63,475 nt of DNA, filler included, from Octopus bimaculoides (GCF_001194135.2; 10 parts of 9 records of this genome joined end to end with filler, not necessarily neighbours in it), one strand, 5' to 3'. Positions 39,900-53,464 are shown, numbered from the whole stretch's first letter. The notes: generated from the sequence alone by a model not told the origin. Translations and numbers: made by a program.

Positions 39900-40671
39900 N
39901 NNNNNNNNNNNNNNNNNNNNNNNNNNNNNNNNNNNNNNNNNNNNNNNNNNNNNNNNNNNNNNNNNNNNNNNNNNNNNNNNNNNNNNNNNNNNNNNNNNNN
40001 NNNNNNNNNNNNNNNNNNNNNNNNNNNNNNNNNNNNNNNNNNNNNNNNNNNNNNNNNNNNNNNNNNNNNNNNNNNNNNNNNNNNNNNNNNNNNNNNNNNN
40101 NNNNNNNNNNNNNNNNNNNNNNNNNNNNNNNNNNNNNNNNNNNNNNNNNNNNNNNNNNNNNNNNNNNNNNNNNNNNNNNNNNNNNNNNNNNNNNNNNNNN
40201 NNNNNNNNNNNNNNNNNNNNNNNNNNNNNNNNNNNNNNNNNNNNNNNNNNNNNNNNNNNNNNNNNNNNNNNNNNNNNNNNNNNNNNNNNNNNNNNNNNNN
40301 NNNNNNNNNNNNNNNNNNNNNNNNNNNNNNNNNNNNNNNNNNNNNNNNNNNNNNNNNNNNNNNNNNNNNNNNNNNNNNNNNNNNNNNNNNNNNNNNNNNN
40401 NNNNNNNNNNNNNNNNNNNNNNNNNNNNNNNNNNNNNNNNNNNNNNNNNNNNNNNNNNNNNNNNNNNNNNNNNNNNNNNNNNNNNNNNNNNNNNNNNNNN
40501 NNNNNNNNNNNNNNNNNNNNNNNNNNNNNNNNNNNNNNNNNNNNNNNNNNNNNNNNNNNNNNNNNNNNNNNNNNNNNNNNNNNNNNNNNNNNNNNNNNNN
40601 NNNNNNNNNNNNNNNNNNNNNNNNNNNNNNNNNNNNNNNNNNNNNNNNNNNNNNNNNNNNNNNNNNNNNNN

Positions 40672-40743
<72 letters not shown>

Positions 40744-41011
40744 GCATATGTACATACACACACATACACATATTCATTCAAATTCCTATGAATTCCTATG
40801 CATCACGCTTAAAACTCAGAGTATCAAGGTGTCTGAATTAAACACCTAGGCCCAATATAAAACCGAAAAGGAAATCTTTAATCGTCATTTATTGGGATTG
40901 AGGATGCCGAAGAACCTATACTGCAAATTAAAAAAATAGTACGTAAAAACACTTAATGCTGTATGAAGCGCACAATATAACCTCCCGATGAAAGACTCTT
41001 AGAGATCACTG

Positions 41012-41058
41012 GACTAGACTTGTTCCGCTTACCAGTCGTAAGCTCGTCAGAAATGACT
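41012..41058 (-). ncRNA. Minimal type-I hammerhead ribozyme remnant (core A13>G)
   Basis: CTGACGA-GCTTAC-GACTG-GTAAGC-GGAA-CAA-GTC. Stem II is a perfect 6 bp and a GUC site is present; stem I is poorly paired. Confidence 0.42.
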
Positions 41059-41059
41059 A

Positions 41060-41205
41060 CTCAATCGCTCTTTGGCAAAAATGACCAATAGAATAAGTAC
41101 TAGGCTTACAAAGAATAAGTCCTGGGATTGATTTCTTTGGCTAAACGCGGTGCTCCAGCATGGCCACAGTCAAGTGACTGAAACAAGTAAAAGAATAAAA
41201 GAATA
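41060..41205 (+). mobile_element. SINE family B 3' module
   Basis: AATAGAATAAGTACTAGGCTTACAAAGAATAAGTCCTGGG..CCAGCATGGCCACAGTC. Confidence 0.82.
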
Positions 41206-42696
41206 TACATATATCTGTGTNNNNNNNNNNNNNNNNNNNNNNNNNNNNNNNNNNNNNNNNNNNNTTAATTAATTAANNNNNNNNNNNNNNNNNNNNNNNN
41301 NNNNNNNNNNNNNNNNNNNNACATACATACATACATACATGCATTTACTGAAAATTTCAAATCTGAAATTCAGTAGTGTTGTGCGATTTTCAGATCTAAA
41401 AAGATAGAGAAAAAAAATGCCATCTTGCAGCAGTTGCTCTTTAAACCTCATACGTGGCTCGCCAACTTAGCGCTTTTACTTTTGTCCATGTGCCCGAAAG
41501 AAGATACGTGGTTTGCATATCATCTTTTGAAATCGCTTTCTCATAACCAGATGTAATTTTGTTTATGCTTATGAAACTGACCTGTCAGCCTCCCCCTCTC
41601 CATTCACTTCCTTGTATTCAATTTCATACACCTCTACATACCACAGTACTCCTCCTCCAATACCAGCCCACATTCATTATCCCACTAACCACAGCTATCT
41701 TGACCACCAACTCATCCCCATTCTGTCCACCACCCTACCTTTTCTCATACCTTTCTACATACATTAGTAATCTCCCTCTGCCACTGAACTAGACATTTTA
41801 CATCCCCCAAATAATTTCATTCCGCTTCTCACTATCTCAACAATAATTCTATAGCTTTCATCCCTAAACTTTAAGAAACCCAGCATATTCGACTACCATT
41901 CATATACTGTCTACCCCACCCTCCAATTCATCTTCCGATTCTCCACCTCTACTACTACTACTTCCTTACTAGCCTCATTATTAACCCCTCACTCTTCTTG
42001 AACTATCTTTTCTCCTCTTACCATTCCTGGTCTTAATACCCACCCTCAGTCCCCGCTCCAATACACTTAGCTCTCTACATTTAATCATTCCATCTTTGAA
42101 CTACTCTGTATTAAGATCTTAAATGTAAGATCTTCTCTACCCTGATAACGGAGGCTTGTCTCACTCAATGTTAAATGCATCCATACAGCTGCACTTTGCG
42201 ATGAACTAAATCTACCAACATTATTATGGATCCCCGACCCCCCAGAAACAATAGTTGGGCTATAATACCTTTCTTCCATTCCTTTAATTTTCTCTATCGT
42301 TTGTACTGTCAAAATCGGACCTATTTATATAACTATCTATATATTTATACATATAAATTCATCATTCATCATCTCAAAGTTTCCACCTGTTGTCTTCTTT
42401 CGTTTTGCATGTACACATATATACATATTTTGTATTTGATGTATTTACTATATTTAATATATTTAATGCATCTAATCTGTTTATCTCCATAATTACTTCT
42501 ATGCTCGCTCAACCTGATCCCTCTTATAACCTTTCTTTACCTTGTGGAATGATCCCACTCTAAAGACAGCGGAGTCTAAGTTTGAATCTTTTTAGCACTA
42601 CTAAGTCTCTTCTTTGCGGAGAATATCTGGACATCGTGTGTGAACTATATTTAACATATAATGTGTGTGTCTCTATATATATATATATATATATAA

Positions 42697-43094
42697 ATTG
42701 ATGAAGGAAACGGAAGATAGATATTTAGCACTGGTATTTATTCAGTACGTTGATCTTTTCGACTCATCCTGGAACTGTCCTTTATGGGTAGAAATTTGTG
42801 CATTCAATTGTGTTGCATCAAGCTGTGCAGTTTGTTTCACATCAGCTACATTGCATAACGAACGTAATGTCCAGCTAAATATATTATTGAGATGTCCTAC
42901 GCATGTTGCTCGTGCCTGCTGTATCTAGTGGGACATCTCCTTCTTTATGCATGTACCTCGTGTGACACAAATTGATGCAACACAATTCGATGCACAAAAT
43001 CCTACCCATAATGGACAGTTGCAGGATGGGTTGAAACGGTCGTCGTACTAAATAAAGACTAAAGCCAAATCTATTTTCCGCTTCCTTCATCAAT
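42697..43094. mobile_element. Foldback MITE / long imperfect palindrome (398 bp)
   Basis: Termini are ATTGATGAAGGAAACGGAA.. and ..TTCCGCTTCCTTCATCAAT. The arms are complementary at about 75-80% over more than 125 bp. Confidence 0.8.
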
Positions 43095-43459
43095 AATTAT
43101 TACTTCAAACAACACTGCGGAATTCCTGAAGTAGATTCAGCGGATATATAAGCGCAGCAGTGGATGACACCAGGTAGCCCAAGCTGTGAACGTGCTTTAC
43201 TCAACACACTAATTGACATATACTTAGTCCCAAAAATTACACACACATACACACAAACACGTACATAGAAACACACACGCAATCACACACACACAAACAC
43301 ACACACTCACACACACACGCAAGCACACACACACTCCCATATATATATTTCTGTCTGTTTCTCTATATTTTTGCGTGTATATACGCAGTTAACTACACAC
43401 ACGCTTACACACAGTCATATACAGATAGATATACAAATATATAGCTTAACACGGACATG

Positions 43460-43511
<52 letters not shown>

Positions 43512-43809
43512 NNNNNNNNNNCACACGCAAATATGTTTGCATATACATATACAGGTACATACACAAACACGTGTGACACACATTCACACACACATACACA
43601 AACACGCGCGCGCACACAGAGACACATGCATCCACCCAAAAGCAGGCATAGGAACAGTTGAAGGTCACGTGTTTATTGAAAGAAGAGAGACACCACTCCA
43701 CAGAACAGTTGAAACCAATTCGACTGGAATCCATTTATTTCTGGTAATCTCTGCAGAATTCTTGGCATTTTACTGAATGGCAGACTCGTCCGCCTTCTCC
43801 GACCCGACT

Positions 43810-43840
<31 letters not shown>

Positions 43841-43845
43841 CTACA

Positions 43846-43889
<44 letters not shown>

Positions 43890-43951
43890 AACTACTACTG
43901 GTAGTAGTAGTTGTAGTAGTAGTAGTAGTACTCCTGCTGCTACTGCTGCAC

Positions 43952-43987
<36 letters not shown>

Positions 43988-44004
43988 TANNNNNNNNNNT
44001 CTTT

Positions 44005-44035
<31 letters not shown>

Positions 44036-44067
44036 ATCATCATCATCATAATCATCTTGCTTCCCCC

Positions 44068-44240
44068 CTCCTCATCCTGCACCTCCTCCTCGTCCTGCAC
44101 CTCCTCCTCGTCCTGCACCTCCTCCTCCTCCTGCACCTCCTCCTCTTCCTGCACCTCCTCCTCGTCCTGCACCTCCTCCTCATCCTGCACCTCCTCCTCG
44201 TCCTGCACCTCCTCCTCATCCTTGACTTCCTCCTCGTTCC
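44068..44240. repeat. 18-bp minisatellite (CTCCTCGTCCTGCACCTC) x about 9
   Basis: Directly visible. It reads (DEEEVQ)n on the minus strand and is embedded in trinucleotide arrays. Confidence 0.9.
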
Positions 44241-44849
44241 CGTTCATGATAAGGATGCTGGTTCCGATGACGATCATCATCACCAGCACCACCACCATCG
44301 TCGGCGTCGCCATCTTCAATACCAGTCTTCTTCTTTGTTAACGTTCTGTTAACAATGGCGGTGATGATGACCTTGACGATAACAACGATATTAATACCAT
44401 CGATGATTTTGTTTAGCCCTAGGCTTGTATTGGCAAAACACACCGATGATCAATGTCATTACACCATCCACCTCCCCTGGCAGACGAGTAATCGTTCAAA
44501 GTAACCGCCGCTATTTGAGAGAACTTAGCTAAGTTTGATTCATGTCTTCCACCAATTTTTGTCAGCTCAATCGAGCGCGTAACATTTCCTTCATTGCCTT
44601 GGGTGACCCCAAATCTGTTAGAATATTATACATAAATCGTCCCCGAAGCTTTAAGTATTGTGAGGAACTAAGTCGTGTTACTCAATAAACACAACCCCAA
44701 CTATATAAGAAGAGCAATAAATTTCGCTCCTTTGCTTATTTACTCGTAGTTGGCAGAATAGTTAGCGCGCCGGACAGAGTACTTATCACATTTCCGTTCG
44801 TCTTTCAGTCCTGGGTTCAGATTCCGTCGAGGTCGACTTTATAGGTGCA

Positions 44850-45195
44850 GACGTAGCTATGTGGTCAGAAGCTTCCCAACCACATGGTCCCGGGTGCAGT
44901 CTTGGGTCAGTGTTTTCTGCTATATCCTTGGGCCGATCAAAGCCTTGTGAATGGTTTTAGTAGGCGGAAACTGAAAGAAGCCCGTCATACACACGCGCGC
45001 AGACACACACACACACCTGATAACCGGTGCTGGTTTGTTTGCAAACCTGTAACCAGCGGTTTGTCAAAAAGAGAGCGATAGAATAAGTACCAGGCTTTAA
45101 AAAAGGTATGGGATCGATTCATTCGAGTAAAAGTTCTTCAAAGCGGTGTTCCAGTATGACCGGGATTTGATGAATGAAACAGATGAAAGGTAAAG
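44850..45195 (+). mobile_element. SINE family B, diverged full-length copy
   Basis: Head, GGAAACTGAAAGAAGCCCGTC, an internal (CA)n, and a 3' module GATAGAATAAGTACCAGG. Confidence 0.75.
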
Positions 45196-45493
45196 GATAA
45201 ATGCACACACACACACACACACACATGTACGTATGCATGTATATGTGCGTGTGTACACATCGATTTATTTCTCTCCCTCTCTCTGTTATATTAATGAATT
45301 ACGTTCATCAGCTTACAGTCATTTCTGCTATGAAAGCAGTGCACTCAGAGGTGAGTGCTTGTGCAACATTCTATAGCTTTCTCCGAGCTATTAAAATGCA
45401 GTTCATGGTTATTTCGAAAAACATTTAAATATAAAGACCTGGTAACATTCAGAACCAAATTTATACATAGATAATACGGTTTGAGAATGAGAC

Positions 45494-45587
<94 letters not shown>

Positions 45588-46999
45588 AAAAGTGCTCGAC
45601 CGAACACTTTGTTGGATCTAGCACTCAACGCATTTGACCAATATGAACACACACACAAATATCTATGAATAATATGTGTGTATATATATATACATACACA
45701 CATACATACACACACGTGTACACACACACGCGCACACACATATGTAATAGCGATAATGACTTGCGGATAGAAATTTATAGGCATTATTAATGTATCACTA
45801 CAAGGTGAGGAGGTGGTCTGACCTCTTCGGTGAAATCTAATGTGTTTTTCTGCTTTTCTTTGGTCTGCAGTGAAGATTTAGAAGTAACGCCCGAAATTAT
45901 AATGGAACATTTCGATTGGTATAAAATGGTAAAAGTCAGTACATTAGCCCAGCATGCACTTTGCTTTGGAGGGAGACTTGTGATACAGAGTATTATGAAT
46001 AATATTAAATAATCTGTTATGAATATGAAACGATCCTTACTAATCAATATGTGGGATGCAGAAACACAGGTCATGATACGTTAATAAAGATTATAAATTT
46101 TCATCCGCAATTCATAATCGTTATTATTATATTTATCCTAAGCTGTAAAGAGTTCTACCTGTATAACCATTCTTATGGATTTCACTGGTAAAATGGGACT
46201 AATAGGTGGTAGCCAACAGTAAGAAGCACAAGAACTTTTAAGAGCGCATTCTGAGGTATTCGCCCAAAACAAAACAAATTGAATTGGTATATATATATAT
46301 ATATNNNNNNNNNNNNNNNNNNNNNNNNNNNNNNNNNNNNNNNNNNNNNNNNNNNNNNNNNNNNNNNNNNNNNNNNNNNNNNNNNNNNNNNNNNNNNNNN
46401 NNNNNNNNNNNNNNNNNNNNNNNNNNNNNNNNNNNNNNNNNNNNNNNNNNNNNNNNNNNNNNNNNNNNNNNNNNNNNNNNNNNNNNNNNNNNNNNNNNNN
46501 NNNNNNNNNNNNNNNNNNNNNNNNNNNNNNNNNNNNNNNNNNNNNNNNNNNNNNNNNNNNNNNNNNNNNNNNNNNNNNNNNNNNNNNNNNNNNNNNNNNN
46601 NNNNNNNNNNNNNNNNNNNNNNNNNNNNNNNNNNNNNNNNNNNNNNNNNNNNNNNNNNNNNNNNNNNNNNNNNNNNNNNNNNNNNNNNNNNNNNNNNNNN
46701 NNNNNNNNNNNNNNNNNNNNNNNNNNNNNNNNNNNNNNNNNNNNNNNNNNNNNNNNNNNNNNNNNNNNNNNNNNNNNNNNNNNNNNNNNNNNNNNNNNNN
46801 NNNNNNNNNNNNNNNNNNNNNNNNNNNNNNNNNNNNNNNNNNNNNNNNNNNNNNNNNNNNNNNNNNNNNNNNNNNNNNNNNNNNNNNNNNNNNNNNNNNN
46901 NNNNNNNNNNNNNNNNNNNNNNNNNNNNNNNNNNNNNNNNNNNNNNNNNNNNNNNNNNNNNNNNNNNNNNNNNNNNNNNNNNNNNNNNNNNNNNNNNNN

Positions 47000-47315
47000 C
47001 CTTGGCTGGCCTCAAATCTCACCTGCGAACCCACGGAAACAAACCTTATCCAGCTATTCTGAATATATGTCTGTGCACACGTTTGACTGTGGTGTATGCC
47101 AGAGGGTTTGCAAATCCAATGGGGGTCTTAAAAGACATGTTAGGATCCACAATGAGCAGAACTTACTTGCAGGTATTGGTAGTGCAAATCAGAGGTGCAA
47201 TCTCTGTGGGTGTTTTTTCAAAACACTGTCTGGTTTAAAAAGCCACATCAGACGCCATGAAAGGGCTAAGGTGTAGGTGCAGGAGGTGGTCAAACTCTTT
47301 AAGGAGTAGCCGAAA
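47000..47315 (+). mobile_element. RTE-clade LINE 3' end with C-terminal C2H2 zinc fingers
   Basis: LAGLKSHLRTH (frameshift), CGVCQRVCKSNGGLKRHVRIH, CNLCGCFFKTLSGLKSHIRRH, then stop and a short UTR. There are no TGEKP linkers. Confidence 0.68.
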
Positions 47316-47759
47316 TTTTAGCCCAAATTTAGCCCAACTTTATACTAATACACATCTATACCAATAACGTTTTGAGAAACAAGTTTATCATATTATCTAT
47401 TTACTACACGGAAATTCATCCTTTTCTTTGATGAGTGGATAGACTTCCTAATAATGGTTATCAGCTTTGGATTTCATTTCGAAAGGTAGTATATTCATGA
47501 AACGATCGTAAGATCCCTCAACTCTTCTTAAATAATCATAGTCATACTTCATATCTTTATATATTTATTTATTAATACAACATTATTTATATTATGGACG
47601 TATTTCTACTGAGACTTTTATAATATGCTTTTTCCTTCTTTTACTTTCTAATAGATAATCGCTCTAATTGACTCTCTAAATATGTTTAAGGTTTTAGACA
47701 TTTCTCATATCAAAAGCACTCATATCAAGTACACTTTATTCTCAAATGTTGTATTTGAT

Positions 47760-47803
<44 letters not shown>

Positions 47804-47809
47804 AACATA

Positions 47810-48070
47810 TACGAGAGAGGACCCAAAAGAAACCGGAATTTTGCTATATTATTTTATTCACTAAGTTTCACATATTTACACTTTTATTGTCTTCAAAGTA
47901 TTCTTCATTTGAAGCAATGCATTGGTCTAGACCCGTTTTCTACTGTTTGAAGTAGTCTGGAACTCCTTTAACGCCTCTTAACGCCTCCGTCAGATTTTTT
48001 TTTCACCTCTTCCGTATCTGCAAATTCCGTAGTACCAGGTTTCGTCACCAGTGATGTCCTTCGAAAAAAG
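47810..48070 (-). mobile_element. mariner remnant, internally deleted
   Basis: Minus strand ITGDETWYY (first catalytic Asp) is fused to the C-terminal DTEEVKKNLTEAL. The TIR is TACGAGAGAGGACCCAAAAGAAACCGGAA. Confidence 0.75.
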
Positions 48071-48788
48071 NNNNNNNNNNNNNNNNNNNNNNNNNNNNNN
48101 NNNNNNNNNNNNNNTTAATTAATTAANNNNNNNNNNNNNNNNNNNNNNNNNNNNNNNNNNNNNNNNNNNNTAGTAAATTCGACGATGCTAGCAAACTGTG
48201 CATGCATGAACGAGTGAACATCATGCATCGGCATAACCTGAAAGCACAACCGAACCTACATCGGCCAGCCAGTCCACTATTTCTTCCTCAAGAAATTACC
48301 ATGTGCGTCACAAGCAATACCGCAGAAAATTTGCGGTTTACTATCAGGGAGTGAATAATTATTACAATTAAAAGGGTAAAGGTTTATCAATTTATTAATT
48401 TATTAATAAATCAACAATTAATAATTTTTACCAAGCCCTTCGGTATGTAAACACCATTATCGGTGGAGAACTTATTTAAAAGTTCTTATACATTTATAAA
48501 CATAATTAAGGGATCAGCAAACATTGCTTGAAGAAGAAATTGTGGACTGGAAACAGCTGTAAGACCTATTTATAAATGTTCTGTAATGTACACAGCGTTG
48601 GTATTTTTTTTATCTCATTACGAAAAGTAAATACTTATATTCACACGCTGATATATGACCTAAGTTGAACCCCTTATTTGCATAATCACCGAACCTGAAG
48701 CTTAACTATTGTCTATCCATAGCACTTACTCAGAATTTCCTGAAACCTCTAGGTTTAGTTGACACCACTATCGCTCATAATCTATCTG

Positions 48789-48876
<88 letters not shown>

Positions 48877-49942
48877 NNNNNNNNNNNNNNNNNNNNNNNN
48901 NNNNNNNNNNNNNNNNNNNNNNNNNNNNNNNNNNNNNNNNNNNNNNNNNNNNNNNNNNNNNNNNNNNNNNNNNNNNNNNNNNNNNNNNNNNNNNNNNNNN
49001 NNNNNNNNNNNNNNNNNNNNNNNNNNNNNNNNNNNNNNNNNNNNNNNNNNNNNNNNNNNNNNNNNNNNNNNNNNNNNNNNNNNNNNNNNNNNNNNNNNNN
49101 NNNNNNNNNNNNNNNNNNNNNNNNNNNNNNNNNNNNNNNNNNNNNNNNNNNNNNNNNNNNNNNNNNNNNNNNNNNNNNNNNNNNNNNNNNNNNNNNNNNN
49201 NNNNNNNNNNNNNNNNNNNNNNNNNNNNNNNNNNNNNNNNNNNNNNNNNNNNNNNNNNNNNNNNNNNNNNNNNNNNNNNNNNNNNNNNNNNNNNNNNNNN
49301 NNNNNNNNNNNNNNNNNNNNNNNNNNNNNNNNNNNNNNNNNNNNNNNNNNNNNNNNNNNNNNNNNNNNNNNNNNNNNNNNNNNNNNNNNNNNNNNNNNNN
49401 NNNNNNNNNNNNNNNNNNNNNNNNNNNNNNNNNNNNNNNNNNNNNNNNNNNNNNNNNNNNNNNNNNNNNNNNNNNNNNNNNNNNNNNNNNNNNNNNNNNN
49501 NNNNNNNNNNNNNNNNNNNNNNNNNNNNNNNNNNNNNNNNNNNNNNNNNNNNNNNNNNNNNNNNNNNNNNNNNNNNNNNNNNNNNNNNNNNNNNNNNNNN
49601 NNNNNNNNNNNNNNNNNNNNNNNNNNNNNNNNNNNNNNNNNNNNNNNNNNNNNNNNNNNNNNNNNNNNNNNNNNNNNNNNNNNNNNNNNNNNNNNNNNNN
49701 NNNNNNNNNNNNNNNNNNNNNNNNNNNNNNNNNNNNNNNNNNNNNTCTAAGTTCAAACTCTGCCAAGATCAGCTTTGTCTTTCCTCTTTTCGTGGCCGAT
49801 GAAATAAAGTACTAGACAAGCCCCGCGATCGATGTAATCGACTAACATCTGCTAAATGTGTTGGTTTTGTACCAAAATTTGAAGCAATTAATGCTACTGC
49901 GACTGTAGCTACTAATACTACAACTGCTGCTGCTGCTACTAG

Positions 49943-50002
<60 letters not shown>

Positions 50003-50526
50003 TGCTACTACTACTACAAGGACTGTGTATTAAGAGAATCGCAACCGACCACTGGATAGATGTTTCCCGGTATATTGGTAAATCCTTTTACATTCTTAGT
50101 TCAAATCCCGCCTAAGTCAAACTCTGTCGGAAACTTTCCTGAGTTCGAGCAATTAAAGTATCGCCGGTCATGTAGTGGGATAGATCTAATCGTCTACACC
50201 CTTCTGTTTAAAATGTGTGGTATCTTATTTATATAACCACTAAGAATGGTTTATTGTGATATTTGTTTAAGTAACGGACAAAATGGTTTGCGATATTTAC
50301 TTATGGATCGTTCCGCAATGTGGTTAATTTATATTCATAGAATGCAGCGCAAACGCGAATAGAATCAAACAGTATAGCACCAGACGTGGTAGGAATACTA
50401 TAAGTAAGAAATAATTCTTAAAATTTGAGTGGAAACAGTGGTGCCAGAGTAATCTAACAGAGCGCGTCGTCGGCAAATGTAAAAGAAACGTAAAAGAAAT
50501 ATTTTAAGTCGCTGGTATAAAGAACA

Positions 50527-50556
50527 GGCTAACGTTTCGGACGATTGTCTTTAGCC
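50527..50556 (-). ncRNA. Highly degenerate minimal hammerhead remnant
   Basis: GGCTAAAGACAATCGTCCGAAACGTTAGCC is consistent with CTGAAGA-GGAC-AATC-GTCC-GAAACGT after a 3-nt deletion and a G>A change. Confidence 0.28.
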
Positions 50557-50571
50557 AGCAAACGTGAAAGG

Positions 50572-50626
<55 letters not shown>

Positions 50627-50638
50627 CGNNNNNNNNNN

Positions 50639-50704
<66 letters not shown>

Positions 50705-51018
50705 CGGTATTAATGAAAGGATGACCGTTGGACAACCTTCCCCTAATTCCGCGTCAGGGACTTTTTTATCCTAATGTACTGCAAGATATTAATTATAGCA
50801 TTATCTGCTTCGACTTCATCGTTTGAAAACGATGTTATACAGATATATGCATGACATACATACATAAATACATACATGTATGTATGTATATATATATATA
50901 CACACACACACATGTGCGTGTGTATGTTTTTATATATATGTGTATATCTATATATGTGTGTGTATGTTTTTATATGTATGTGTATATCTATATATGTGTG
51001 TGTGCATATATAAATATA

Positions 51019-51069
<51 letters not shown>

Positions 51070-51134
51070 AAGAATCATATATACTTATGTCTATGTATAT
51101 ATGCATATATACACATATATATATCTATATGTAT

Positions 51135-51175
<41 letters not shown>

Positions 51176-51181
51176 TAATAA

Positions 51182-51252
<71 letters not shown>

Positions 51253-51709
51253 NNNNNNNNNNNNNNNNNNNNNNNNNNNNNNNNNNNNNNNNNNNNNNNN
51301 NNNNNNNNNNNNNNNNNNNNNNNNNNNNNNNNNNNNNNNNNNNNNNNNNNNNNNNNNNNNNNNNNNNNNNNNNNNNNNNNNNNNNNNNNNNNNNNNNNNN
51401 NNNNNNNNNNNNNNNNNNNNNNNNNNNNNNNNNNNNNNNNNNNNNNNNNNNNNNNNNNNNNNNNNNNNNNNNNNNNNNNNNNNNNNNNNNNNNNNNNNNN
51501 NNNNNNNNNNNNNNNNNNNNNNNNNNNNNNNNNNNNNNNNNNNNNNNNNNNNNNNNNNNNNNNNNNNNNNNNNNNNNNNNNNNNNNNNNNNNNNNNNNNN
51601 NNNNNNNNNNNNNNNNNNNNNNNNNNNNNNNNNTTTGATGCACACACGTTAATACATGCATAAATAAATACGCAGATACATATATATATTATATATATAT
51701 GCATATATA

Positions 51710-51765
<56 letters not shown>

Positions 51766-52232
51766 TGTATGTATGTATGTATGTATATATATATGCATGT
51801 GTGTGTGAGTGTGTATACACGTGTATACATATATAGACAAATATTTATAAATGTATACAGTAACGTATATAAATGAAAACGAGTGTGCGTGTGTGTATAT
51901 ACACACATATGTATGCATACATATTCACGCGCTCGCGTGTGTGAGCGGTGTGTGTGCTTGTTTGTTTCTCTAAGCAACGTCTACAATGTCTACATGATTT
52001 AATTTAGATTTGACAAATTGATTGATTGATTGAATCGTTAATTTATGGTAAAGTATTCGGGTGGCGGGGGTCTATGAGTACAATGCATCATGATCACAGA
52101 CCTCCGCGAAAACATCCTCGAATCAGTCCTGACATCTTTACTCGAAGGCGGACAGAAACTGCTCAAATCAAGTAAATAGATTTTACCTACCCTCATAAAT
52201 TAGGACACACACGCGCGTGTGTGTGTATGTGT

Positions 52233-52308
<76 letters not shown>

Positions 52309-52991
52309 NNNNNNNNNNNNNNNNNNNNNNNNNNNNNNNNNNNNNNNNNNNNNNNNNNNNNNNNNNNNNNNNNNNNNNNNNNNNNNNNNNNNNNNNNNNN
52401 NNNNNNNNNNNNNNNNNNNNNNNNNNNNNNNNNNNNNNNNNNNNNNNNNNNNNNNNNNNNNNNNNNNNNNNNNNNNNNNNNNNNNNNNNNNNNNNNNNNN
52501 NNNNNNNNNNNNNNNNNNNNNNNNNNNNNNNNNNNNNNNNNNNNNNNNNNNNNNNNNNNNNNNNNNNNNNNNNNNNNNNNNNNNNNNNNNNNNNNNNNNN
52601 NNNNNNNNNNNNNNNNNNNNNNNNNNNNNNNNNNNNNNNNNNNNNNNNNNNNNNNNNNNNNNNNNNNNNNNNNNNNNNNNNNNNNNNNNNNNNNNNNNNN
52701 NNNNNNNNNNNNNNNNNNNNNNNNNNNNNNNNNNNNNNNNNNNNTATAAATAAATAAGCAGCAAGGATATCCAGAGGTAATGCAGTACGATCGTTTCAGG
52801 CAATTCCATTTAATTGAACAATGTAATCCTTACATCAATTTAAAATGCAGTGCAATCCTCAGCTGCACAAAGACATAGAATTTAATTAAGTTAGATCAGA
52901 TGGACACATTAGTATAATTATACCTAAAATCTCCAAGAAGTTAAGGAGATAGACAAAGAACATGTTATCTCCGCTTCAGCATGGAAGTTAC

Positions 52992-53040
<49 letters not shown>

Positions 53041-53464
53041 AATGAGAGACGTTGTTTTATTGTTGATCTTCTATATAAATGAAGCTTTATCCTTTAATTT
53101 GCTGTTTTTCTTCACAAGAATTGAGATTATACATTGCAGAACTGTTACTTTCATGAGTTGTATCTGTCTATCACCCGAAGAGGCAAATCTGCACCGTCGT
53201 ATGCTCCTGAATCAGTCGTTAAGTATCTCACTCGTGAGGGATCGATGCTAGATGTGTCGAAACAATTGTCGTGGGTAATAAAAACTCCCCTCATCCGTTT
53301 CTCATTAACCATATACATGACGAACACTGTGAAAGCAAACGTGCTTTACCAGTAAGCTACCAAATATAAACCATTCGTTTTATTATCAAATATATATATG
53401 TATGTGTGTGTGTGTTATATATACTTTATACGTATATTGTATTGGTTTTGATTCATATTTGACA

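Noticed and set aside
52085-52175. Protein-like frame ITDLRENILESVLTSLLEGGQKLLKS with a GTAAAT donor
   Set aside because: The acceptor is weak, its phase is incompatible with the other candidate exons, and I recognise no homology.
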